This document shows, piece after piece, positions 1 through 9,127 of a stretch of 64,000 nucleotides of DNA (its first letter is position 1; each line of letters begins with the position of its first letter). Made by a program: the position numbers and the translations under genes. Below the pieces are notes generated by a model, which saw only the letters and a list, made by a program, of their open reading frames with translations, searched no databases and was not told where the DNA came from. Source of the stretch: Naegleria gruberi (lineage: Eukaryota); the NCBI GenBank assembly GCA_000004985.1, contig GG738932.1. The stretch is one strand, 5' to 3'.

Positions 1-36
1 ACATTTTTAAAGATTTTCAATTTCCAAAATTAGTAA

Positions 37-437
37 TTATTTTTTCAAATACTTTTCCACAACTCTCGTTACACTCAATCCAACACAAGCAAGCAAACAA
101 GAATTAGTACAAATCTGGCACAATATAAATCCAGGCAATCTCTTCTCTGGATATCCATAACCATACCAAACTCTTCCAATTGCATACAGTAATCCAACTC
201 CTCCTCCCAAATAATCATTCTCCAACATTCCAGTGCACAACCACAAAGCTCCCAAAAAACTTGCAATATTCTCCACTCCATTCAATTGAACTCGGAGTGC
301 ATTCAAAAATCCTGGAGGACCTTCTGTGAGTGGTGGTTTAACATGAAATTCTTTTCTTGCCCTTCCGACCATGAAAGTTGCTTTCGATTGTGCCAAGATG
401 ACGAGAGATGAAGAGAGAGCAGTGAGTGGGTAATCAC
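37..437 (-). CDS. MAPEG-family microsomal glutathione S-transferase (MGST3-like), ~133 aa
   Basis: Translation contains ...GLLYAIGRVWYGYGYPEKR..., matching the conserved GRVLYAYGY motif of MGST3/MAPEG proteins. Size and hydrophobic helices fit. I place the start at the internal Met (MSLRDYPL..., ATG at 437..435) rather than the ORF-track start at 519, because the 24 N-terminal extra residues are basic and unconserved. Confidence 0.7.
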
Positions 438-538
438 GTAGAGACATTTTTTTTGGTTTTGTACACCTTTGTTGGACCAAAGATACTATCGTAGTATCAA
501 TTAATTGAGTATTTCGCATGAGAGGTATTTGTATTCAA

Positions 539-1147
539 TCAATTGAGAATTTCCTTGATTGAAATGCTAAATCTTGATGGAGGTTTTGAGTAAGAGGAAG
601 ATGTTGTTGTTGTGGAATGGTTAAAGTTGTGACAATTGGCATGTTCTTCAATGGCTGGTGGTGAGGGTATTGTTGTGAGTGTTGATGACTTGCCATTCGT
701 AGATGTGGTACTATCCTGTACTACAGATTCTGTCTTTTTTGATTTTCTTGTTGGAGTTTGTTTCGAAACCTTTCGTCTATGAGTTGAAGACCCTTCCATG
801 TCCATGCCTTTCATTAGTAAAACTCCTTCCATTGGAGTGGTATTTATCTTTTCAGAGTATTGAAAAACAGCAAACATTGAATTGTTGCATGTAGTTTCTA
901 ATACTTTCAAATTGGCATTTCCAATAAATTGGAATGAAGTCTTGTCTTGTTTTCTCTTTCCAATTCTTGTTGGCAGCATGGCAACGTTTGATGATGGAGG
1001 AGACCCTTGGTGACATGCTCTTTTAATCATGTTTTCTTGTGATCTTTCTCCAAATCTTGTTGTTGGCATTTGTTTTTGTTTATTGATTCGAATATCAATA
1101 AAACAGCATCCTTCAAAATCACACACAACATGTGAACAAGATAGCAT
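539..1147 (-). CDS. Low-complexity S/T-rich protein, member A of a 3-gene paralogous family (unknown function)
   Basis: 202-aa ORF. It shares ordered motifs with the ORFs at 1335..2816 and 7360..8112: CDFEGCCF vs FEGCNHF, and NNSMFAVF vs NNAMFGVFKKKP vs NNSIFGVMKKPK. The true start and possible introns are uncertain. Confidence 0.4.
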   Translation of the reverse strand: MLSCSHVVCDFEGCCFIDIRINKQKQMPTTRFGERSQENMIKRACHQGSPPSSNVAMLPTRIGKRKQDKTSFQFIGNANLKVLETTCNNSMFAVFQYSEKINTTPMEGVLLMKGMDMEGSSTHRRKVSKQTPTRKSKKTESVVQDSTTSTNGKSSTLTTIPSPPAIEEHANCHNFNHSTTTTSSSYSKPPSRFSISIKEILN

Positions 1148-1334
1148 TTGGAGAGGAAGCGTTAAAACTTTATGTCCTGTGTGTATTTTCGGTATTCCAC
1201 ATTACAATCCATGCATGCATGCGAGCACAATCTTGGAATAAATTGGTGCGAATTGTTCAAATATGTGAGAATTGAGCGACCTACCTCTGTTGGAAACTCA
1301 ACCCAAACTGAGATTTAGATAACAAGCAGAAACT

Positions 1335-2816
1335 TCATTTGAACAATTCCTTTATTGAAGGAATGATTGTTCTTGGTAATGAATGAGATGCAAGAGAATT
1401 ATTTTTCTTATCTAAATTCTGAACTGGTGTTGGTGTTGGAATTATGGGATGTTTAGATTGAGTCATCAATTCAGAAGATTCAATTGAATTACTATTATTA
1501 TTGGGATATGATACAAGATCTGTTGTTTGGTTGTTATTGACAGTTCCAGTTGTTGAGTCTTGTTTTGCAATTTGCTTTTCAGAAAAAAGCAGATCCGTGG
1601 CTGATGTGAAACTGACCGATCTTGAAATCGTACCATAATTCAGGTTTGCTAAATCTCGTTTTGGTTGACTACCAAAAGAAGGTCCAATAATGGGTTGTAA
1701 AGTTGTGTGACTTGGATCTGCAATTACATGATTCGAAGATGAGAAGTATTGCTGTTGTATACTCTCCTTTGGATTAGTTGTTGATTGGTTTACATTGTGT
1801 GAATTGTGTGAAAGAATGTTGTTAAATCCAATATTGGAAGCAACGGGATAGTTGTTCGACACTATTGGATTTGGAAATGTGCCTTGTTGGGAAATATTAG
1901 CACCAGTGCTAGAGGAATTGGAAGATGGATTATGAATGGGTGATGGAGTGGTGAGAGTTTGCGTTTCAGTTTGTGAATTGCTGCTTGATGCTTGTGGAGT
2001 TTTAAATTGATCACCACCATTATTCGTACTATTCGATGATGATGCTGAACCAGGATTGAAATTGAGCACTGTTTCGTAAGCTTGTTGAGTAGGTTTCTTC
2101 TTGAAAACTCCAAACATTGCATTATTATCAGTCATTGAGAGTAGATCAAAACTCGAAACCTGAACTTGTTTTCCACTCTTTCGTTTTTTAGAATTTTTCT
2201 CCACATGTATTTCCTCATTATCCTGATATTGATCCACAGAAGAAGATGATTGATTATTTGTAATTTTGAAATGATTGCATCCCTCGAAAACTTCCTTCTT
2301 CTTTCTCTTTCTCTTTTCCTTATTAATAACTGCTGTATGAAAAGTTAACGTATTTCCATTATCAACCATTGGAAGAATAGCATGTTGTTGTTGCTGCTGC
2401 TGCTGTTGAAAATGATTGTCAACCAGCACTGTGGTTGTTACTCTCGATTGATTTTTGCTAACCTGTTGTTCATAATTAATGAAATGATGATTCGAATAAT
2501 TTCTAACTTGTTGCTGATCATTCACCACCACAACACTCGCACTATTTATATTACTACTTCCTATTCTCATTTCATTATTCATCGCCACTATCATCCCATT
2601 ATTGTCATCATTCTGAGTCAAGTTCATTTGAGCGGCAACCTCCTTTTTCTTCTTTCTCAAATTCGCTTGTTGATTATTTTGATGCGTTCCTTGATATTGT
2701 TGTTGATGATGCTGATGATGAGAATTGGAATGACCAACATGTTGATTATTTTGATGGCCATCACGTATAGCCTTTGTTTGTTGGTGTAGTAAAGGTGGCG
2801 GGAGTTTTTCTGACAT
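1335..2816 (-). CDS. Poly-Q/H/N low-complexity nuclear-type protein, member B of the paralogous family (unknown function)
   Basis: 493-aa ORF with long Q/H/N runs from CAG/CAA/CAT-rich DNA at 2390..2760. It has a basic KEKRKRKKK tract followed by FEGCNHF, and a C-proximal NNAMFGVFKKKPTQQAYETVLNF shared with the paralogues. Confidence 0.55.
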   Translation of the reverse strand: MSEKLPPPLLHQQTKAIRDGHQNNQHVGHSNSHHQHHQQQYQGTHQNNQQANLRKKKKEVAAQMNLTQNDDNNGMIVAMNNEMRIGSSNINSASVVVVNDQQQVRNYSNHHFINYEQQVSKNQSRVTTTVLVDNHFQQQQQQQQHAILPMVDNGNTLTFHTAVINKEKRKRKKKEVFEGCNHFKITNNQSSSSVDQYQDNEEIHVEKNSKKRKSGKQVQVSSFDLLSMTDNNAMFGVFKKKPTQQAYETVLNFNPGSASSSNSTNNGGDQFKTPQASSSNSQTETQTLTTPSPIHNPSSNSSSTGANISQQGTFPNPIVSNNYPVASNIGFNNILSHNSHNVNQSTTNPKESIQQQYFSSSNHVIADPSHTTLQPIIGPSFGSQPKRDLANLNYGTISRSVSFTSATDLLFSEKQIAKQDSTTGTVNNNQTTDLVSYPNNNSNSIESSELMTQSKHPIIPTPTPVQNLDKKNNSLASHSLPRTIIPSIKELFK

Positions 2817-2859
2817 TTTTTTTGAGAGGCGATTTTTGGAAAGTTTGAAACCCTAAATT

Positions 2860-3000
2860 ATGTTGATGCGGGATTGCTTACGAATATTATTTTTTTAATG
2901 GAAAGAGATGGGATTGTTGATAGTGTTGGATTGGCTCTTTCAATGTGACAAGTGGCGTGAATTGACAGAGTTTCGAATAGATAAACTTTTGAGTAATTGG
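2860..3000. repeat. Copy 1 of a duplicated ~130-bp noncoding element (second copy at 6600..6735)
   Basis: ...gaatattatttttttaatggaaagag...gtgacaagtggcgtgaattgacagagtttcgaatagataaacttttgag... is near-identical to 6620..6735. It lies directly upstream of the start codon at 2816 of the minus-strand gene. Confidence 0.6.
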
Positions 3001-3289
3001 GAAGCATTTAGAGAAGTTTGAATGATTACAAGTTTGTTGACAAACTATTAATTCTCTATAATAATTCACAGTCTTACTGAGAGTGCTCTCAAGTACAATA
3101 TGATGTATTCTATTATTTGAGAAACTTTGATAATTCTCAAACAAATTCATCCTTCACTGAAATGTTTCACCACATTTCGTCTATCATTTAAATATTAAGA
3201 ATGATTTGAAGAGTAGTTCAACAATCGAAAAGTGAAGATTCAAGTGGATTCTAGTTTAGTGCTGAACAACACTAAAATATATTAAATTT

Positions 3290-3470
3290 CACTATTATCA
3301 AATTTATTTCCACAAATATTACTGTTATAATGATGATAAATAACAATGATGATAGTAGTTGTTCCGATGATGGTGTATTACCAACTTGAATTTTTCCAAA
3401 TCATATGTGAAGAATTAAATTCCAAAAATTACTATTATTTAAAATGATGTGGTGAAATTCTTGGGTTTAT
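3290..3470. repeat. Short array of a TGATGA / AAAATTACTA-containing repeat family (larger array at 45360..46250)
   Basis: Units such as aaaaattactattatttaaaatgatgtggtgaaattcttgg recur with variation at 45930..46230. There is no ORF. Confidence 0.4.
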
Positions 3471-3524
3471 AGATGTGAAATTACTCCAAGAATCAACACA
3501 GAGCATTTTCCAATATTTTTTTCT

Positions 3525-3615
3525 AGAAATTGTTCCAATGAAAATTCGAACTTTAAAAATTCTGTTGACTGACCTTCACAATAGGAAGTTCGAATTTTCA
3601 TTGGAACAATTTCTA
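3525..3615. repeat. Perfect 27-bp inverted repeat (hairpin) with 37-nt spacer
   Basis: gaaattgttccaatgaaaattcgaact (3525..3551) and its exact reverse complement agttcgaattttcattggaacaatttc (3589..3615). The spacer itself contains the partial inverted repeat actgacctt/aaggtcagt. Confidence 0.6.
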
Positions 3616-3745
3616 AGGTCAGTTAGCAGTATTTTTAAAATATGATGATGATGATCATCGGGTTACACTTCTTCTCGATCACGATATTATCCACTCTTCT
3701 GTCCAGATAATTACAAATCCACACAACAGAAATAAACTCTGTCTG

Positions 3746-4256
3746 ATGTATATTCCGATTATTGAGTGGTTTCCTTTGGACATGCTTGCCGGATGGAGTG
3801 ATAAACCCTATCTTTATGCATCCCAATTGACAGCCATCATGAGATACACACTTGAAAGAGATTGTCAACCATTGAGTGAAATTTTGATCGAACATTTCAA
3901 TTATTAATCATTCCATCACGAGTTAAAGCAAATCCTTTTGATTTATTTCTTGAAATTGTTTCGAATATTAGAATGGTAAAACTCTTCAATATGCTTCTGA
4001 TAGATTGAAGAAGGACAGGAATATTGCCTTGAAAGCTGTAAAATCCTCAATTGAGGCATTGGAGTATGTTGGAATTTCATTAAGAAATGCTGAATTTATT
4101 TGTTATTGTTTAGAGGAAAGAGCACTTTCTACCAAAACTCAAACTATTCGAATGGATGTTGACAAGTTGTGTGAACCTAGCGACTCTTTATATTGTATAA
4201 TAGTGGCATTTGTTTTGAAAAGTAAAATTTACATTTATGGAAAGTCTTCAAAATAA
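3746..4256 (+). pseudogene. Degenerate truncated copy of the downstream DUF4116 gene (N-terminal plus C-terminal fragments, middle deleted)
   Basis: 3746..3907 encodes MYIPIIEWFPLDMLAGWSDKPYLYASQLTAIMRYTLERDCQPLSEIL*, which parallels residues ~55-100 of the 4300..6450 protein (PILDWFPLQMIG...SQFTAIIKHRIEQ). 3972..4256 in another frame encodes NGKTLQYASDRLKKDRNIALKAVKSSIEALEYVGISLRNAEFICYCLEE..., near-identical at DNA level to 6236..6400, the last repeat and C-terminus of the full gene. A stop lies between the fragments and there is no in-frame ATG. Confidence 0.5.
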
Positions 4257-4299
4257 TTTAAATAGAAATTACTTGACATTCATTAATTTACTATAAAAA

Positions 4300-6450
4300 A
4301 TGATTAGTCAAGTTTCGGCTGTTACGTCTGTACCATTCGAACAGAAGAGTAAAATACCAACACCTAAATACAATTATGTTAATATCATTCTAGACGAAAC
4401 AATTCAATCAGATTTATTAATCAAAAAGTTAAAATACCAAACCACAGAATTACAGCTCTTTCTAATACATTATCCTATTCTCGATTGGTTTCCTCTACAA
4501 ATGATAGGAACAAACACCAAACCTGGCCTTGATCGTTCCCAATTCACAGCCATTATCAAACATAGAATTGAACAGAACCACCAACTTATATCCAACATTA
4601 TTGGTTTGTGTGATTGTGACGACAAGTACAATTCATTCACTTCCATCCTGAAAATGCCAGATTTTAATGTGGATTGTAATTTGGAAGAGTTTGAAGAGCA
4701 AGCTAGAAAGCAACGTGTTAAAATGTTCTTGGCAGGGTTGTTGGAAGATAGGGATATTGCTTGGATAGCACTTGGTAGTAATTTTAAGTTTAGGCATATT
4801 TCGGATAGATTTAAGGAAGATTATCAAGTTGTTTTACAAGCTGTAAAATATGATACTAAAGCTTTTGAATTGGTTTCTGATAGATTTAAAGATGATGAGA
4901 GAATAGTTTTCGAAGCTGTTAGAAACTGTGGCAGCAATCTCAAATTTGCATCTGAAAGATTGAAAGACAATAACCAGATTATTCTAAAAGCCATCAAGAA
5001 GAATACATCAGCAATTATGTATGCCTCAAAGAGATTCAAAGATTACTTTGGCGAATTACTTTCTGATAGTGAGCTACTCCAATTAGAAAGATTTGAAAAA
5101 GATTCGTCTGATTTATTCTTCAACGAAGGGTTTGACAATGAACTGCTCATGTTAGAATTTGTCAAGTTAAATACAAGGTCTCTCAGAAAGGCATCCGATC
5201 GATTGAGGGATAATCAAACAATTGTGTTGGAAGCTATCAGGAGAAATGCCATGTCGTTGTGTTATGCATCTGACAGATTGAGAGATACTGAGATGGTTGT
5301 GATGGAAGCAGTTACACAAGAACCTCAAATGATGAAGTATGCTTCCAATAGATTGAAAGATAATAAGCAGTTTGTGTTGAAGATCATGAAATCATTGGGA
5401 TACTCGTATGATCTTTCTTTGGTTCAGTATTTATCGAAACTATTGCAAGATGATGAGCAAATTATTATAGAAGAAATCAAGAGAGACCAATCACCACTCT
5501 TTTTTGCATCTGAAAGGTTGCAAGACAATGAAGAAATTGTAATGAAAGCAGTCAACCAAAATGGAATGTCACTTTATTGTGCTTCCGAGAGATTGAAGGA
5601 TAATGAAAAGATTGTTTTGGAAGCGGTTCGAAATACTAGTGAAGCCCTTACTTATGCATCCAATAGATTGAAAGATAGTGAACTAGTTCTGATGGCAGCC
5701 ATTTGTCATGGTCGTTTGTGCAAGGCTCTTTCGTATGCTTCTGAAAGATTGCAAGATAACGAATTGATTGTTTTGGAATCTGTCAAGAAGAATGGGTCTA
5801 TGCTTGGATATGCATCTGATCGATTGAAATATCATGAACAAATTGTTTTGGAAGCAATTAAACAGGAACGATCATCAATAGAAAATATCACTTCTGCAAG
5901 ATTGAAAGATACTGAAACGATTATATTGGAATTGGTTAAGGATTCTACCATGAAACATGTACATAATCTGGAAATTGATGAATATGAGTTTCATTCCTCA
6001 GGCAGTGAAGTACGTTCTGATTTATTTAATGAATATTGTTCTGAAAGATTGAAAAACGATTCACAATTCATGTTAAAAGTATTGGCAAGCAAGTGGAGAG
6101 GTGGAATCGCACATGGACTTTCAGATAACAAGCAATTTATGCTTGAGGCAATTAAGCTCAATTGTTGGGCAATTGATTCAGCTTCCGAACAATTAAGAGA
6201 CGATGAAGAGGTTGTAAAGGCAGCTATTTCTCAAAATGGTAAAACTCTTCAATATGTTTCTGATAGATTGAAGAATGACATAACTATAGTCTCAAGTGCA
6301 GTGAAATCCTCAGTTGCCTCCTTAAAGTACATTGGTGAAAAGTTCAGAAATGTTGAATTTATTTGTTATTGCTTGGAGAATCAATTGATTTCTTCCAAAC
6401 CTTCAAATGTTGTTAAGGAAATACCATTCTTTGGAAATTTACATTTCTAA
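4300..6450 (+). CDS. DUF4116-repeat protein (~14 tandem ~36-aa repeats of the type ...IVLEAVKqNgxaLxYASeRLKDNe...)
   Basis: 716-aa intron-less ORF with highly periodic repeats carrying YAS.RLKD and IVLEAV signatures, which I recognise as the DUF4116 repeat family. The ATG at 4300 is preceded by an A/T-rich leader. Confidence 0.75.
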   Translation: MISQVSAVTSVPFEQKSKIPTPKYNYVNIILDETIQSDLLIKKLKYQTTELQLFLIHYPILDWFPLQMIGTNTKPGLDRSQFTAIIKHRIEQNHQLISNIIGLCDCDDKYNSFTSILKMPDFNVDCNLEEFEEQARKQRVKMFLAGLLEDRDIAWIALGSNFKFRHISDRFKEDYQVVLQAVKYDTKAFELVSDRFKDDERIVFEAVRNCGSNLKFASERLKDNNQIILKAIKKNTSAIMYASKRFKDYFGELLSDSELLQLERFEKDSSDLFFNEGFDNELLMLEFVKLNTRSLRKASDRLRDNQTIVLEAIRRNAMSLCYASDRLRDTEMVVMEAVTQEPQMMKYASNRLKDNKQFVLKIMKSLGYSYDLSLVQYLSKLLQDDEQIIIEEIKRDQSPLFFASERLQDNEEIVMKAVNQNGMSLYCASERLKDNEKIVLEAVRNTSEALTYASNRLKDSELVLMAAICHGRLCKALSYASERLQDNELIVLESVKKNGSMLGYASDRLKYHEQIVLEAIKQERSSIENITSARLKDTETIILELVKDSTMKHVHNLEIDEYEFHSSGSEVRSDLFNEYCSERLKNDSQFMLKVLASKWRGGIAHGLSDNKQFMLEAIKLNCWAIDSASEQLRDDEEVVKAAISQNGKTLQYVSDRLKNDITIVSSAVKSSVASLKYIGEKFRNVEFICYCLENQLISSKPSNVVKEIPFFGNLHF

Positions 6451-6599
6451 TCATCCATTAGAAACACATCATCAACAAGAATATTAAGAAACAACAATTA
6501 ATTCCTTATTAAATTATTTGGAATTTCTATTTAAACTTCCCTTTATTCACATGTTATCCCGAATGCCCAAGCTCACATGTTGTTTCCTCCAAGAATGGC

Positions 6600-6735
6600 T
6601 GACACAATCTATTATGCATGTGAGATTGTTGAATATTTTTTTAATGGAAAGAGGAATTGCTGATTGTGTTGGAATACTATGACAAGTGGCGTGAATTGAT
6701 AGTGTTTCGAATAGATAAACTTTTGAATTGGAAAC
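6600..6735. repeat. Copy 2 of the duplicated ~130-bp noncoding element (see 2860..3000)
   Basis: gaatatttttttaatggaaagaggaattgctgattgtgttgg...gacaagtggcgtgaattgatagtgtttcgaatagataaacttttgaattgg. It is in the same orientation as copy 1. Confidence 0.6.
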
Positions 6736-6868
6736 GGTTGAGCTTTTATCAAAGAAAAAGGAATATTTAAAGTGAAAGAAAGCCGGTTAGTTTTTGGGGG
6801 TCGGTTGCCTAGCGAAACTTTTTCATAAAAATCATCTCAATGTGAAGGGAGTGTCCTTATCCACCGCA

Positions 6869-6924
6869 TTTATATTTCACAATTGTTGAATGAGCTCTAT
6901 CCTTTCAACAATTGTGAAATATTA
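6869..6924. repeat. Perfect 19-bp inverted repeat (hairpin) with 18-nt loop
   Basis: atatttcacaattgttgaa ... ttcaacaattgtgaaatat. It lies in the intergenic region downstream of the DUF4116 gene. Confidence 0.5.
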
Positions 6925-7359
6925 GATCACTTTAACAGATCTTGACGAAACTTTGAATTTTTATTCGAAATATTGTTTAAATCTGAAGATGGCAAAATCC
7001 TTGTTGTTTATTTCTCAGAGTTTCTAACAAAATAAATATTGAGGGAAATGTGGTGCGTTGAGAATATGCAAGGAGAGCTTTCGAATATGGTAATTAAGAG
7101 ACCAAAACTTGCTCTTGTTATAATATTGCCAAATTAGAATTTTGGAAAGCATGTCAACACACACATGATATCAAGTAAACAATGCATTATCATATTCTAA
7201 ACCTTTCTAATAATCATTTTGCAACTAAACAAAGAGGAAGGTCTTTCTGAAAATGCAAATTGAAAGATAACAAGGAGACCACTAAAAACGGACTGTGTCC
7301 ACCCTCAAAACAACCTTGTGAGGTAGTTTCCAATAGAGGCACATGTGAAAAAGGTCTAA

Positions 7360-8112
7360 TTATGGCTTTTTTCGTTTCTTCTTGTTTGTTGATTGGATTT
7401 GAGATTCTTGGTGTGGACTCCAAGAACGAGTTGTTGTTGTTGGTGGCGTTTTCACACGTTGATTTGAATTGCTACTAGAAGTATCTGAAAGGTTTAGAAT
7501 AGTTTCGTATGAAGCCATATTCGCATGTTTTGGTTTTTTCATCACTCCAAAAATTGAATTATTTCCTGTATATTCCAATTGAAAATCTCTTGTATTGTTG
7601 ATTAGAGGAGAGCTTGGTTCATTTCGGCTCTTTCTCTTCTTGATGGTATTGTTATTAGAAAGAGGTGTTGAAGAATTATTCGAAAGTAAAGATGTCTTTT
7701 CACTATTTGAATGTATTATTTTCTTTGTGTTTTCCACATGATTGTAATCATGATTCAATAATATTGGCGGCAATTGAGAAGCATGTTTAGAGTTTAGTCT
7801 ATCAATATCTGAAAAGATAACAGACGAAAGTGAAGGAAGGATTGTTCTTGTTGGTGAGTTTCCAATACTTGCTCCATGAATGCTTGTTGGAAGAGTATGT
7901 CCACTCTGAACAGGATTAATTGTTGAAAAGGTTGAAGTACTATTGGAAATGTTATTAGAATCTTTTGGAGGTGATTCAATAATCTTGTAATGTTCCATGA
8001 GAGTTTTCTTCCTTCTGGTTTTCTTGATAGGTTTAATTGCTGGACTCTTCGCCAAATCTTCTGAGTCGGTGACTGAATGTTCTTGATTCTGTTGGAAACT
8101 GGACGAATTCAT
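7360..8112 (-). CDS. S/N/T-rich low-complexity protein, member C of the paralogous family (unknown function)
   Basis: 250-aa ORF with a basic KKTRRKKTLMEHYKII tract (cf. KRKRKKKEVFEGCNHFKIT in member B) and NNSIFGVMKKPKHANMASYETILNLS (cf. NNAMFGVFKKKPTQQAYETVLNF). Confidence 0.5.
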   Translation of the reverse strand: MNSSSFQQNQEHSVTDSEDLAKSPAIKPIKKTRRKKTLMEHYKIIESPPKDSNNISNSTSTFSTINPVQSGHTLPTSIHGASIGNSPTRTILPSLSSVIFSDIDRLNSKHASQLPPILLNHDYNHVENTKKIIHSNSEKTSLLSNNSSTPLSNNNTIKKRKSRNEPSSPLINNTRDFQLEYTGNNSIFGVMKKPKHANMASYETILNLSDTSSSNSNQRVKTPPTTTTRSWSPHQESQIQSTNKKKRKKP

Positions 8113-8752
8113 TCACTTGTGTTTCGAATAGGTTTGAAGATGTTTTTTTCAAAGGTGCCAAGCACACAGTGTTGTGATTTCAATTTTTCATTCGACAAAA
8201 CAAAAACATGAAGGTGTGCAATTGGCCCCTTCTCTTTTAACATAACTGCGATTGATTAAAAAAGGTAATTGCAAATTTGGAGCAACACCATATTAGCTCG
8301 AGCTAGATGATTTTCATGACTTGCTCAAATTTGAGTACTAAGGCCCTCCTGTATGTAGTTATACCTTCTCCATTCAAGAAAGAGATGATGTTCAATATTT
8401 GGAAAGTTTTTGACATTTGGCAGTTGCTTTGTGGAAAGAGGAATAGGATTGTTAGGAATGCTATTCATGGTTGTTTTCATTATTTATCGGTTATATCTTC
8501 CACATTCAGTGTTTATTAACGTTGAATGAGAATGTTGATGTGGTTGTATCAGAATTGATATTCTAAACTGATTACCATCTGTAATATCAATAATTTTGCA
8601 ATAATTTACAAAAGGATGGGAAGAAGAGAATAGATAGTGAGCCACTTCAGCTACGCACCTCCTCAATTCTATTGTTTTTCTATTGATTGCTTTATTCAAT
8701 TGACCAAAAGGAAAAACAGATCACAAAAAAGGCCAATGAACCAATATCGAGA

Positions 8753-8767
8753 TTTTGGCGCCAAAAA
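8753..8767. promoter_or_regulatory. Palindromic TTTTGGCGCCAAAAA element (E2F/DP-type consensus TTTSGCGC) in a divergent promoter region
   Basis: The GC-rich palindrome ggcgcc flanked by T/A runs recurs four times in the window, always intergenic: 8753, 24556, 40066 and 42965. Confidence 0.35.
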
Positions 8768-9127
8768 TCAAAGTTCTTTGGAACCAAGAAAAAATATTGA
8801 GTTTGGGTGCGATGATAATGATCGTAATTATTAGAGGAGGAAATCAATGGTTACACAATCAAACAATCAAACCCTTGAGAAGTCATCAATTCTGCTAATG
8901 TATTAATTAATAATTCAATGAGTGGTTAATTATCAGCCTGAACCCCAAGCAGGATACATTAAAAATTGAACGAATTGCAAATATCACCCTTAATCATCAC
9001 CTTGCTTACTTTTTTTCCATTCTTCCTGGAAATATGAAACATTCAATAGTCGCAAAGCCCCAATCAGAGATGTTACACTTCATAATCATCAACATCACAC
9101 ATTACAGTATGTGAAACTAACCAATCA

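Noticed and set aside
438-519. N-terminal extension of the MAPEG ORF (track ORF starts at 519)
   Set aside because: The extra 27 residues (MRNTQLIDTTIVSLVQQRCTKPKK) are basic and unconserved. The internal Met at 437 aligns with the start of MGST3-type proteins and gives the expected ~135-150 aa size.
2382-2789. 135-aa poly-Leu plus-strand ORF and other small ORFs (75..281, 703..894, 1029..1241, 1862..2122) overlapping annotated genes
   Set aside because: They are antisense read-through of CAG/CAA/CAT repeat DNA or AT-rich coding sequence. They carry no motifs, and the same loci have far better opposite-strand genes.
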